From Antedon mediterranea (taxonomy: Eukaryota; Animalia; Echinodermata): a DNA stretch of 64,000 bases. The stretch's first letter is position 1. Each line of letters opens with the position of its first letter. The stretch is taken from contig NC_092670.1 in assembly GCF_964355755.1 (NCBI RefSeq), positions 18,214,795 through 18,278,794 on the forward strand, given 5' to 3'. The translations under genes were made by a program, and so were the position numbers. Below, in pieces: positions 1 through 12,445 of the stretch. Under the pieces are notes generated by a model. The model was not told the origin of the DNA, did no database searches, and worked only from the letters and a program-made list of their open reading frames with translations.

Positions 1-596
1 TGTGTAAATAACTTGTCCAGCAGGTAGGCCTATATGCCACACTCTGACATCACTACCGCATACCCAACCTGCCCTGTGGTTTCTATATTATTGCAAGAGA
101 AGACCTATTTTAGTTTATACTTGAAGTGTTTTCTTTTCATTTTAGTTTGTCTATGTTAGCATGTGTGGGAAAACTTAGTGTGTGTTCTACATACTACAAC
201 TCAGCAGTGTTAATAACACCCTACAGTTAATAAATGTCATATCTCGTGTTAAAATTAATGTGAGAATATTTGTCAGTCCATCAGTTTCTATATCCTATCT
301 TATGTTCATAGTTTGCTATGTTTTGCTTATATGTTTTATGACATTTTATAATTGAGTAGTGGCAATACTTGAAAGCTAATTAGGCATGCACCAACCAATA
401 TGTTGAACATTAATGAGTGCCATACATTGTGATTTCCTATGATAATCCAGCAACTAAACTTTTCTAAGCCAAAATGACATACTGCATCATATTTTGAATG
501 ATTATTGACGGTTTTAGTCCCTCAAAATTGGACGGCGTGTGAAAGTTATTGTAAAATTGCCAAGAAATCTCACGGGGCTATGTTTGATTTCCACAG

Positions 597-2988
597 CCGA
601 CCAAGTCTCACGAGTTGAAGGAAGTGAAATACTTCTGTGCAGAAGACGAACAGTCACGACAGTGCTGGTTAGCGGGCATGCGGCTGATTGCAAACGGAAA
701 GCAACTGAGCGAAAACTATAAACAAGCGAGAAAGTTTCAAGCTCTCGGTAGGGAGATGGACTTGGAGACAAGCTCACGGGTTAGTTTTGTTTCAATTTCT
801 AAAGTGATGCATTACTGTGATACATTAAGTTTTACATTAACAGTCACTGTAAACTTAGTATAACATTAAATGAACACTACGAAAATTGGCATGTAGCGAG
901 GATGTAAACAAGTTGACAGTGACAACAATTGAGTAAATTATGTTGTATGCTTGTCTAGAGGGGTGTGAATGAAGTAAGTTGGAGGAAAAACCTTTAAGTT
1001 TCATAGGCTCAGCTGGAGGGAATCATTATATTGTGTAAGCAGGAAATTTTACCTTCCTGAAGCCTGCGTACTATAGTATTTATTTTGTTTCACCACAAAT
1101 CTAAATTGTAATTCTACAAAAGAGAAAAGAAACATTAAGAGATGTATAGAATTAGCATCTACTGAGCATTGTCTTACATCGGTTTCAACCACTAAACACG
1201 TTCATGATGACCTTTTATATTATAAACAAGTAAAACCTGCTAATACACTTATATTATAAATTGACTTACTATGTTGAAAGAATATTAGTTGGTCAAGAAT
1301 GGTGGTGTTAATTTGACCATTCACTGTCCATCCATTCATCAATTTAAATCTTATTGTTAACCTAACACTGCTAAATTGATGTTAATTACTCTTAGGTTTC
1401 CTCATAAAGGATACTAATGAGTAATTACATTCAACATAATGTTAATTAATTACTGTTAACAAATGCCTTTTGTGTTTAATGATGTACCATGCTGTATCTT
1501 GTATAAGCCCACATTTGTGTAGAACAAGTGTGAAATAGTCCTTGGATACGTATAGGAGACAAGTTGTTACATATTAATTTTCTAATTGTCAGATTTTTGC
1601 TTCTTTGCAGAGAATTGAAAACAGCAATGACAGAGTAGCGATAGATTTTTCTGGACATTCAGGGAGGATTATTGGAAACAAAAGTGAAGCAATAGCAATT
1701 GCCGAAAGAGAAGGGGTCGAATGGAGTGTAAGTTATACCCCCGAATTGGGGGACTTACAATAACTCATACCTATGTTTGAGTACTTTAATCATATGTCAC
1801 TTTAAAGCTCCTATTTGACTTTTTTAACAGATGTTTGACTGTAGATTGAAATACTGTCATGCCCACAAATGTAAATTATTTATGTATTTTCCTTTCCTTG
1901 ACCTCTCATAACTCGCATAATCACGTTTGCATACATATCTGACCTTTAAATGTATTTGTATCTTTTTAGAGGCGTAGTGGTAGGCCGGTTGAGAGCCCTA
2001 GAAACAGTCCTCGACACGGATGTGGTAGTCCACGATTTATAGCTAGTAGTCCGAGGCAGGTAATAAGTAGTCCTAGAAGTAATACTAGCCCACGATTGAA
2101 TTGTATGTCGAGTGGTAGCCCTAGGTACACAACACTGCATAACGGATACAGTCCTATTATGAAGCGTCGGTTACACACAGGAATTCATGCAGGTATTTTG
2201 ACATTTTTTTTTATTGTTTTACATATTTGTACAATATCTAAAACGACATGTATATGATGTATAGTATGATTAGTCATCCATAACTATATCAAAAAAGCTA
2301 CATTAATAATTTAAAACAAATTTGTTTCTAGGTATTCATGCAACGCAACCGTGGTATCACAGCGGTATTTCACGAGATGAGACCCATGGCCTGTTTGCGA
2401 AACAAGGAATGGTTGACGGTCTGTTTTTAATCAGGGAAAGTCAACGATTACCAGGAACATATGTGCTGTCTTTTAGTCAGAACCAAAAAGTAAAACATTA
2501 TCCAATTCAGCTGGTATGTTTAATGTTTTTGTTGTGGTTATTATGGCATATGATTTATATATTTATAATGTACAGTACTCTGGAGTGACCCAACAATATA
2601 TATAATGTACTCTGGAGTGATGACCCAACACTAGGTTAGGTACCAACCATGGAAGAGGGGATTATTGCCATTTTCTGGATGCTGTGAACGTATTGAACAA
2701 AGTTAAACTAGTGACCCGACCCAGAAAGAAATAAAAAAGCATTCATCTTCATTTTTCATGGTTATTTCTAAGACAGACTCAGTGTAATTTTCGACAATGA
2801 CATTTAGAAAGAGAATTTTAAAATGTTTTCCTTTTTTTATTTCTCAGATGGAGGACGATAATGTCCATTTTGTGAGCTTAGATGAAGGAGTAACAAAATT
2901 CTGTGATTTAGTCCAGCTCGTAGATTTCTATAAAATGAACGCTGGAGGATTACCCACAAGGCTTTTGCATATTTGCACAAAACTATAA
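597..2988 (+). CDS. GRB7/GRB10/GRB14-family adaptor protein, 3' part (end of PH domain, BPS domain, SH2 domain); 5' exons lie upstream of the window
   Basis: Exons 597-779, 1611-1727, 1970-2192, 2332-2513, 2848-2988(TAA), all AG/GT with consistent phase. PH end 'KYFCAEDEQSRQCWLAGMRL..GKQLSENY', BPS 'VAIDFSGHSGRIIGNKSEAIAIAEREGVEW', SH2 'IHATQPWYHSGISRDE..GMVDGLFLIRESQ..SLDEGVTKFCDLVQLVDFYKMNAGGLPTRLLHIC'. Paralogue cannot be assigned. Confidence 0.93.
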
Positions 2989-3082
2989 AACTATTCCACA
3001 TTTTGATGAAAGAGATAAGTTGTTTTAAAAGCTGACGAAAGACTTGCTTTAAGATTTGCCTGCAGAGAAAAAACTCTCCTAT

Positions 3083-3222
3083 GTAAAAGATATATGCTTG
3101 CAATGAAGGATGTACGCATGGAATGAAGGATGTATGCTTGCAACGAACGATGTACGCTTGTAACGAAGGATGTACTCTTGTATGAAGGATGTACGCTTGT
3201 ATGAAGGATGTACGCTTGTAAT
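3083..3222. repeat. ~19-20 bp minisatellite (ATGAAGGATGTACGCTTGYA), about 7 copies, in the GRB 3' UTR region
   Basis: Direct tandem copies about 95 bp after the stop codon. Confidence 0.9.
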
Positions 3223-5259
3223 GTAGTACTGTACACAGTTAAAACCGAACTTTTACTATTATTAAACGATCAGGTGTAGGTGAAATAAACTGTGGAAAAG
3301 AACTGAATTATGCTGAATTTAGCGTATCAGTTGATTGATGTATATTGTGTGGTTTGTCTTTGCACATATCACATGATGGTTAGCAGGGAACTATCACACA
3401 CTGAAAGTCTAACAATTTCACAGGTCTCTGTTTAAGTAGACGCTGTGGCCATTTTTTTTGACATTTTTATAAATTATGGAAGTTGATTAGCACAGAGGAA
3501 GAATTATCAAATTTGAATTGAAATGGAAAACACTATTCAATGTCCATTTCGATAAGTGACAAATTCATTTGGAAGATTGTTGAAGAATGTCTTCTTTTTT
3601 ATCTTAAAATGTTTGTTTTTAGTCTTAACCTGGCAGTGTAGTTATTATAATATGACTAGTAACCCATTTTTGGGATACTCTTAGTCTTAATAGCTTGACT
3701 GGATGTACATTTCCTATGCATACTACATTGTAGCTTTTTCATTATAATTATTCAGCAAGAAAAAATTTATTTTAAAATATTTTGTTTTATTTATTAAACA
3801 AAACAAATGTTGGCAAATTTCTGATCCCTCTAACATTATAACAATTTTAATCGACAACAAAAAAGTTTTATTGAGAATTGATATGATAAATAATTATAAC
3901 ATTAAATTATTAAATGATATGTATATCTTTTAGTTGTAAAGAATGAATGATTTTGATTGAACATTGTTTATTTAAGTACTCCACTAACCTTGTTATTACA
4001 AACTAGTGTTGTGATTTCAGGCCAACACAATGACAAGTCTTCTAACCTAACCCAGCATTCACCCCAAACTGACAGACCTCTTACTGATTTGATTGGCAGC
4101 TTAACATCTGCCAATCAAAACCTGTGTTTAGCTATCCATAGTTTAATTACAATAAGCTTCACAATGTCTGTATGATTGACAGCAGAAGTCATTGTGATGA
4201 GCAGTGTTCTATCATCAAATCTTGCAATCATCTATTTATTTTTGTCGTTCAAAATGTCAATTTTATATTGTGTTAGGTTTAATGGGGATGAATGATTCCA
4301 TGTCATTCACCCAAGCTATTTAAAGACTTATATTCCAATTTCATTCATATTTTAGTATACATTTCCTTATAATATTTATAGAACTATTAATACAACTCTT
4401 TAAACTATAACAGAATTATAATTATAAAGATTATCTACAAAAGTATATTATGCCCAATTTTATATACACAGAATTTGTCTTTTGAACAAAATGAAAATTA
4501 TAGAAATGTTTTTTAACAATGACATGAAATAGTGCATTTTTTTAGATTTTGCATAGAAAATTTACATATAAATTTGATTTTGTTCGTATTTATATATTCT
4601 TTAATCAATACGATAGCAAATATTTTAGAGGTTTCATCAAACTATAACCATATTTAGTTTGTTTTAAACATTTTGCTAAAGAGAGATTTCTGGATGAAAA
4701 TTGCATTTGGTTTTATTTTTGACCAAATGTGATGAAAAAAATCATGTCTTTGATTAGCTGAATAGGATTTTAAGAAAAGAACGATTTTACGAGGGTGTTG
4801 TTTTTATATGTTTTTAAGGCCGCAGAGTGCCTTTGTTAATATTAGATATTAAGACAAATATTGTATAAATTGAACATATATTATTATGGAAAATATATAA
4901 TTTTAAGGTAAAATATTAGAACATTTTCAAATTGTATTCATTATAAGAGATATTGTTTTTGTCTAATGTCTATGGCAAACCTTCTTGATTGTGTGTGAAT
5001 AAGCCAGATAAAACTCACAAAATCAAATTATTAATTTATTATTTTAAAGCAATAAATATATTACATTTTTTTATCCTTCACAAAATATCGTAATTTTCCA
5101 TATATCCTATATCATAGGCAAATTTCTTGATACAGCATCACATGTGAAGCACATGAGATTCTGTATTATGGAATTTGATTTGATACTAGATAACTATTGT
5201 GGTGATACAACACTGAGAATTGGGTGATTGTATTATTAGTTCTAATTGCCACTGTTTAT

Positions 5260-5462
5260 TAGACCATGTCAAAATTATTTTACTGCAGTAACTATGCTAA
5301 ACAACATTGCAATTTTTTAGTAAGTTTGTTGTTGAGCTATCATACACATTATTTAATGCAGTGATTGCCTCATGAACATTGAAACAAACTAAAACTATCT
5401 GTTGCAGTAAAAGATGTAGTTACTGCAGTAACTGCAGTAGAATACTTTTTACATAGTGCCTA
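5260..5462. mobile_element. Degenerate ~200 bp MITE-like element
   Basis: Imperfect inverted ends: gaccatgtcaaaattattttactgcagtaac versus gttactgcagtaactgcagtagaatactttttacatagtgc. Confidence 0.5.
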
Positions 5463-6149
5463 CTGGTGATTTATTCGGTTTAATTAACAGCAATTGAAGT
5501 ATCTTGAAATAATATTGATATTATATAGATAGTGTATGTTAAGATCATTGGCCTTGTATAACATTACATAATACTGTATTACAATATATGACATTTACAA
5601 TTTGAACATTGGGTTATAAGTTATAATATTTGCTATGCTTGAATGAACACCTTAGTGCTTGGTGGTAATTTGGTATCTAGTTATTTAAAAGAAATTATTA
5701 TTTTTGGTTAATTATTATAAAACAAACTTATTTAATATAATTATTACTAAAAAATTGACAGATGATTATGATAAAAAGGAAAAAATGATAATATTAATAA
5801 TTTTATTTGATAAGAAACTATTTTACAATCATCATTTTTAAAAAGGACCATGTAATGTGTGTGAGTTATCCCTATTCTGGTTTTATCGTCGTTGCTGGCT
5901 CACTTTTTTTAAAAACCAGCAGCATAAGTTTTGGGCAAATGCTTTTCTTTCTTGTCATTCTATGAAGACAATACCTTCTGTTAATATATATTACAATATC
6001 TGAAATTAAAATGTTTTTCTCCTTTTTTGGTGTAAATGAGTCACAAAAATGTTTAAGATGAGACAATATGATAAAATGAATGGGATTTTGCCAAAAAATG
6101 CCCAAATTATTGACTGTCTAAAATGCAATCATTAATATATAATATTGAA

Positions 6150-7205
6150 AATTATGAACCAGTTATGTCAAAAAGCAAAAAGGGGCCAAATTTGCTCATT
6201 TTTCTAAAAAAATCCCTGTACTATAGTACAGGGATTTCATAGAAAAGTGGCCAAAATATCAACTTTGAAATATCAAAACATTGAGGGAAACATGCGAAGA
6301 CTACATTATATGCATCTGCGCATGTCAAATTATAATATAGTAACCAGTTTCGTTAACTAAATAGGATGAAATTTGGCCTTTTTTCATAAAAATCTCTGTA
6401 CTATAGTACAGGTTTTTTTTAATCGAAAAGTGGCTAAAATATTGACTATGAGGTAACATGCACAGACCACATTATTTGTTTAGCCAAAATATAGCCTTTT
6501 TAATACATATATATTGAGGTAACATGCACAGAGTACATTATGTGCATACCTGCATGTCAAATTATGATAATAGCAACCAGTTTTGTAAAAAAATAAATAA
6601 TTCAAAGTTTGGTCACTTTTTGAGAATATTTATTGACGTAACATGCACAGACTACATTATGTGCATCTGTACATGGCAAAATATGTTAATAGCAACCAGT
6701 CGAAAAGTGCCTTTTTCTGTAAAAATATCTGTACTATAATAGTACAGGAATTTTTTTTCGAAAAGTGGCCAAAATGTCACCTTTTTAAAACATATATATT
6801 GAGGTAACATGCGTCAGTGCATGTCAAAATATGATATAGTAACCAGTTTCGTCAAATACTAATAAAAAGGTCGAAATTTGCCCCTTTTCTGTAAAAAATC
6901 CCTGTACTTTAGTACAGGGATTTTTTTCAAAAAGTAGCAAAATTAAAGTATATCACTTCTAAAATAGACATGCGATAATTGCTTTTATGCGTATATATTG
7001 TGTTATCAGCCTTGTATAGAGTTATATAGTAACCATTTATGTCAAAAAATAAAAGGGAGGCTGGACTAGATTTTGTGGAAAAATGGCCAAAATATGACCT
7101 TTTCAAAATTCAATTCAATCATATGCAATAATATTGCCATATATATAAATATTTCCATATCATCATGAAACCAGTTATGTAAAAAAAATACAGGGATTTT
7201 AAAAT
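6150..7205. repeat. Degenerate tandem array of ~165-180 bp units carrying the palindrome AAATCCCTGTACTATAGTACAGGGATTT
   Basis: Palindrome copies near 6210, 6390, 6722 and 6897; shared flanks 'aaaagtggccaaaat', 'catgtcaaattat..atagtaaccagttt'. Confidence 0.8.
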
Positions 7206-7269
7206 TTTCATTGACTTTCTCAAGCAACGTGAGGTGTGTAATATTGATGGGGTGTGTGTGGGTTGACTA

Positions 7270-7515
7270 TCCTGGTTCAATAATCACCACTAGAGTACAA
7301 TGCCAAGGTTGATGTTTTAAGTTCATTTACCAAAAACCAGTTGGACTCTAAATTATGACGGATGACGCAGTATGAAATTTTTTAACTGGACAAGGTCAAA
7401 ATAGAAGGGTCTTTCACTTCACAATATTTTGTGAGCCATTTGAAATTATTGCAAGGAAATTACTGATTATTCAATTATTTTATGAATTATAGCAACCTTG
7501 GCATTTAGCCAGTAG
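7270..7515. mobile_element. Degenerate MITE-like element
   Basis: Inverted ends aatgccaaggttg ... caaccttggcatt. Confidence 0.4.
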
Positions 7516-8247
7516 TAACAATTTAGTCCATATGTTTATAAACTACTGTAGGGCCTACTACTATAGGTTAATATTGTACAATTACGGTACTTTTTAAAAC
7601 ATTATTATTCCCTTTGTGATACCATGAAATGGTTCACGAAACAGAGAAAATTTGTTTCCTAATTAAAACTAAAAATAATGTATCATTTATACATGTATCA
7701 ATTATGTATAATATGCATACTTACATACAATAATATACAAGATCAGTATGTTTGGTTGAATACTGTACTGTCAAAAAGGAGTACTTTTAAATAGAGGGCA
7801 GCAAACTGATTATTTCTGTCAATATCAAGCAAAGTTAAAATCTACACAAATACCAACTGTAATGCATGTAATATATATATTTTATTTAACTATTATTATA
7901 TATTAAAAATAGTATAAAAAAGAATGAATAAAACATATATTCATAACATTTATGTGGAAATTGTTCAGCTTTTAGAATGTGAATATTATATAGCAGTAGA
8001 TATTTCATTGCACATTTTCGATTTTTAACATTCAAGTTAAGTTTACAAGAAAAATGTTTCATTTAAAAATGGTAGCTCAAAGTTAAAAAAATGTATTGTT
8101 TATTATAAAATAAATGCCTTTGCAATTTCAACCACATTACTAATAATAACTGACTTCTGCTGCAAAGTTTTATATTTTGTATATAGATTGTAAATACAGA
8201 GAGCTGCCTTTAATAAATACAAGCAAAGGTTTTTGGGATTCTGCTTA

Positions 8248-8385
8248 AGCTCTGTCTACACTATCAAACTTTATGTGACAACAAAATGATGTGTCTATAT
8301 ATGGCCATGATGATGTCATATCACTACCATATTTAGGTGTATCACACTTTTTTTGTCAATTAGTTTCAAAGTAGTAGACAGACCT
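8248..8385. mobile_element. MITE family A copy (PIF/Harbinger-like)
   Basis: TIR AGCTCTGTCTACACTATCAAACT with shared internal sequence; right end degenerate. Confidence 0.85.
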
Positions 8386-9241
8386 TTAGAGTTGTCAAGT
8401 TTTCATTAACATCATACAGTATTTTAACAGAACATCAGAGATTTAGTGTAAATATAATAAACATTTCCATTATGTTAATAATAATAATAATAATAATAAT
8501 ACTATACATTAATTTAAAAAATATAATCAGTTATACTATTGTATATGGTTATTAAACACATTGTTAAATTACTATACTGTACAGTGTTAGATTATAATAT
8601 TACATCATGGTATATTTACTTCATCTAAAAAAATCCTTAAAAATCATTTTACTGTGAATATTAAGCATTAATTAACATACAAAACTGTTAAGTAAAATAT
8701 TTAAATTTATTATTAAAACTAGAATGGATATATTTACAGACTTTTAAATTCAAATGCCCGTTGGTAAAATGGAATGTTTTGGGGAATTATATAAATTGCA
8801 GATAAACAAACATAATTTTTCGACTTGATACCATGCAGAAAGCACATTAGTATGGTACCAGGGATACCCCTCTAAATTCAAAATTCCATCCGGAGGGGTG
8901 CCATACAATAGGATGTTGAGTATAGTTAATTTCCACAATATGAGATGAGATGCAATTTATGTTAAATCGAAATAATTTTCTTATTCTTCAAAATGTATTC
9001 TTAATACTGGAATGTTTAAAAACACTGCACTTTTTAGACAACTGTGTCTATTTAAGGAGTTAACATCACCATACCACTATTTCCCTTGTTAATTATATTT
9101 TATAATTTGTTAGTATATTTTCAACTATGTTATAATTTTACTATAAAGTATATGTAGTTTGTTTTCTATTGTGTACCATAGATTTATGTTTCTAAGATTA
9201 TAATTGTGAGATTGGTTTAACACATGGTGAAATAGAGGGTA

Positions 9242-9414
9242 CAGGGGTAGATTCAGGTTGGGGAGAGCCCTTGCCATTGGGGAGTGCACTCCTTCCTGTT
9301 GAAAGCTAAAATGAAATTATTAATTCCTTTTGATATCCATTTCTATCTATTATTATTAATATTACAGTACACATTAGCGCTATCCTTCTAAAAAAAATCC
9401 TGGATCTGCCTCTG
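9242..9414. mobile_element. MITE with CAGRGGCRGATCC-type ends
   Basis: caggggtagattcagg ... cctggatctgcctctg inverted ends; similar ends at 53357-53958 and 55921-56152. Confidence 0.55.
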
Positions 9415-9759
9415 AGGCAAGCCAACAGATTAACATCCTATCACAATCACCTATAAACAAAGAGCAGGCTGATACGCTATTCTACATAACAAAAATATAA
9501 AACTATTAAAACTATAAAAAAAAATGTTCTCACACACAGACATATTGCTTTGTAGGGTCACAATGAGTTCATACACAAAGCCTACAATCACTGACTGAGT
9601 TGTAACAAAGTGGACACAAAGTACCGGTAACCACTTAACAAAAAGAAATAACATAAACACAACTTGTTCCAGAATGTGAGAAGCAGCTATTCAAAACAAG
9701 GAACATGTCCCTAAATGATTCAGCCTCTGGTAATTGAAAACTAATAACAACCTTACTAA

Positions 9760-9862
9760 AGCTTGGTTTCCACTTGGAGGCAACGCAATCAACCACAACG
9801 TGATGGTTCATCCAAACTGTTGCTTGTAACTTGTCTTTTTTTGTTGAACTGGGAACCAAGCT
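9760..9862. mobile_element. MITE family B (Harbinger-like), TAA target duplication
   Basis: taa-AGCTTGGTTTCCA ... TGGGAACCAAGCT-taa; same TIR as 51152-51303. Confidence 0.75.
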
Positions 9863-9865
9863 TAA

Positions 9866-10027
9866 AGCGTACGCCCACACTGAACCAGTCTGATGGCTCG
9901 TTAAAAAATCATGAAAATTGATGTTTTAGAATAAATACGTTCACACTAACTATTTCCTAATTCTGTGTGCAAAATGTACGTGTGACAAACATGCAACATA
10001 GCCTGGAGCCCAGTGTGAACATAACCT
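9866..10027. mobile_element. Degenerate Harbinger-like MITE abutting family B copy and the INPP1 stop codon
   Basis: agcgtacgcccacactg ... cagtgtgaacataacct imperfect inverted ends. Confidence 0.45.
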
Positions 10028-10032
10028 TGGAA

Positions 10033-12365
10033 TTATTTCATCGTTGATAGCGAGTTTAGAATTTGATGAGCTACACTCTTATTTACGTAAGCTAATATTC
10101 CCCCTGTATTGCACCATTTAAGACCTTCACTAGTGTAATCATCTGTATCCGGTTGGTGATATTCAATGTCTATTTCAAACCTAGTTGTATCATTTGTTAA
10201 TCGTACCTTTTCCAGGCCTCTATCTAACCGTATGATACCACCCCCAAGGGCTTTCAGAATTGCATGTGCTGAACATGTATCCCATTTATATGTGCTACCT
10301 TTTGATAAAATATAAGCATCCACCAAACCATCTATGACGCATAGTAGCTTGTAGCCAGCGCCACTTGCGTACACTTGCTGATCTCCTGTTATTGGTTCAA
10401 GTGTTTCTTTAATCTTTACGTCTTCTGATTTACTCATTATAATGCTAACTTTATCGTGTGTTTTATTGTTAGTTGAACTGTTTATTGAGTGGGCTGTGAT
10501 GTCCTGATGACAGTAACCCCAAACATGACGACCTTGCCATCTAAATGATGAAGATTAGAAGATGCAGGAGATTACTTGTTTTGTCTTAATTTGCATTCCA
10601 TACTTACTAATCATTTGTTTTGTTTTAATTTGCTTTCCATACTTATTTATTACTTCTTTTTCTTACTTTGCTTTCTAAACATAATTGTTGTTATTTGTTT
10701 TGTCTTAATTTGCTTTCTATACGTACTTATTACTTATTTTGTCTTAATTTGCTTTCCATACTTATTTATTACTTCTTTTTCTTACTTTGCTTTCTAAAAT
10801 GAATTATTACTTGTTTTGTCTTAATTTGCTTTCCATACTTACTTATTACTAATTTTGTCTTACTTTGCTTTCCATACTTACCTATTACTTGTTTTGTCTA
10901 ATTCAGAGAATGGCTGATTAATAACTCCAAAGATCGGTTCTCCAGTCTTCCGTAAAAAAGCTCCGATAAGGATGACTGCACACTGGAGTCCATTCTGGTG
11001 GATTCCAGTTGACGAGGGTTGCTCATTAGTCCCTCTAATGTACTCGGCAGTTGAATCTAGTTAACAAAACAAAATATTACAAAAAAAGATTTGAAAAAAA
11101 ACCCATTATATATGGTAAATTTCATTTCTGCGTTGTATTTCTGTTTGAGATGAAATCTGCTAATTTGGTAATCAAATAGTAATGTTAAAATCTGTAACAG
11201 TGACAATTATTAAATTGATAAGTGATAATTGTTTGTTGATAAAATAATAAAGCCTATTAGTCTAGACTATCAAACCAGTTTGACAAAAAAGTCTGGTATG
11301 GTAGTTATATGATATGACATCATCATGTCCATATATGGGCACATCACATTTTGTTTTCACATAAAGTTTGATAATGTATCCAGAGCTTTAGGTAACTTAT
11401 AACTCACCTATGGGGTCAATCCAGATACCTATACTGTTAACATCAAGTTCACATTGAATGTCTGCTAATTCACAAGGAGGAGTCACATGTACATCTTGAT
11501 GAATTGTGTTGGCCAATAAGAAAGCAGCTTTTGAATTTCCATCTAATACCTAAAAAGACAAAGGCATTACAGTACATATATTGTACCTCCATGAATGTTG
11601 GCCTAAAACTAAAATGGTCCATCTTTATTCATTTTTAAAATCATTGCATATGTATAGGCCTACTGTGTATGTGTATAAAGTATAATAACAATAGACCCAT
11701 TCTTTTAAAAACCCCTTTGAAGGAAAAACTTCTAAACTGAATAGTGGGTCAACACTTGGGACATTCAGGAGACACTTTGTTAAAAAAGTGTTCCCATTTT
11801 GTACTGTTTGTAACAGCTTACTATTTGTGTTTACCTTAGTGAGTAGTTGACATGTGTCTTGTTGTGTTTGCTGTATTTCAACAACAACAGTCTCTCCTAG
11901 AGTGTTTGTAAACATGTTGCTCTCCTCACCAAATACATATTCCTTCAAGCCTGGATACTAATAATATACATGTATGTTTAAGACAGTTACTAAAAAACAA
12001 TAATAACACACCTCAATAAATTAATGTTACTTGATTGGACTAATGAACCCAGTACCCAGGGATGGAAAGATACCTTTAATTTCTTTATACCTTTATATTC
12101 AATTTCTTTATACCTTTTTTTCAATTTCTTTATAACTTTATTTTCAATTTCTTTATACCTTTTTATTCAAATCATGTCGAATCATTTCCTGAATAAGTAC
12201 ATCTCCGAGAGTTTTAAAATCTTGAATAAATCTCTTATTTTTATCTTCCCCCGTCTTCTCTTGCACCAGCAGTTCAAACAGTGATTGTTCAGCACGAACC
12301 ACACGTGCCAAGTTTGCCGCCTTCTCTGAAAGATCTAGTATCACTTGGATGAAAGTAGTCGCCAT
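10033..12365 (-). CDS. INPP1: Inositol polyphosphate 1-phosphatase (384 aa, 5 coding exons)
   Basis: Exons 12365-12159, 11957-11835, 11549-11408, 11056-10882, 10540-10033; phases consistent. Motifs 'DFKTLGDVLIQEMI', 'FGEESNMFTNTLGE', 'WIDPIDSTAEYIRG', 'SGAGYK', 'WDTCSAHAIL' of the INPP1 branch of the IMPase family. Confidence 0.95.
10572..10900 (-). repeat. ~39 bp tandem repeat, 8 units plus a partial, spanning the INPP1 exon 4 donor
   Basis: Unit (+ strand) ttacttgttttgtcttaatttgctttccatacttac(c/t)ta fills most of intron 10541-10881 and continues into the exon. Confidence 0.9.
11259..11387. mobile_element. MITE family A copy (degenerate) in an INPP1 intron
   Basis: tctagactatcaaac ... gtttgataatgtatccagagct with shared internal sequence. 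Confidence 0.75.
12070..12170 (-). repeat. ~23 bp tandem repeat, 4-5 units, spanning the INPP1 first coding exon donor
   Basis: Minus-strand unit ttgaataaaaag|gtataaagaaa reiterated into the intron. Confidence 0.85.
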
Positions 12366-12445
12366 TTTTTGTGATTACTAACACACAATTCCACTCAGGA
12401 ACTGAAATTAAGTAAATATTTTTTGCTTTATTTATTTTACTTTAC

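Noticed and set aside
518-596. Longer first GRB exon using the AG at 516-517
   Set aside because: The acceptor at 595-596 gives the clean PH-domain frame; the upstream stretch does not read as GRB-like
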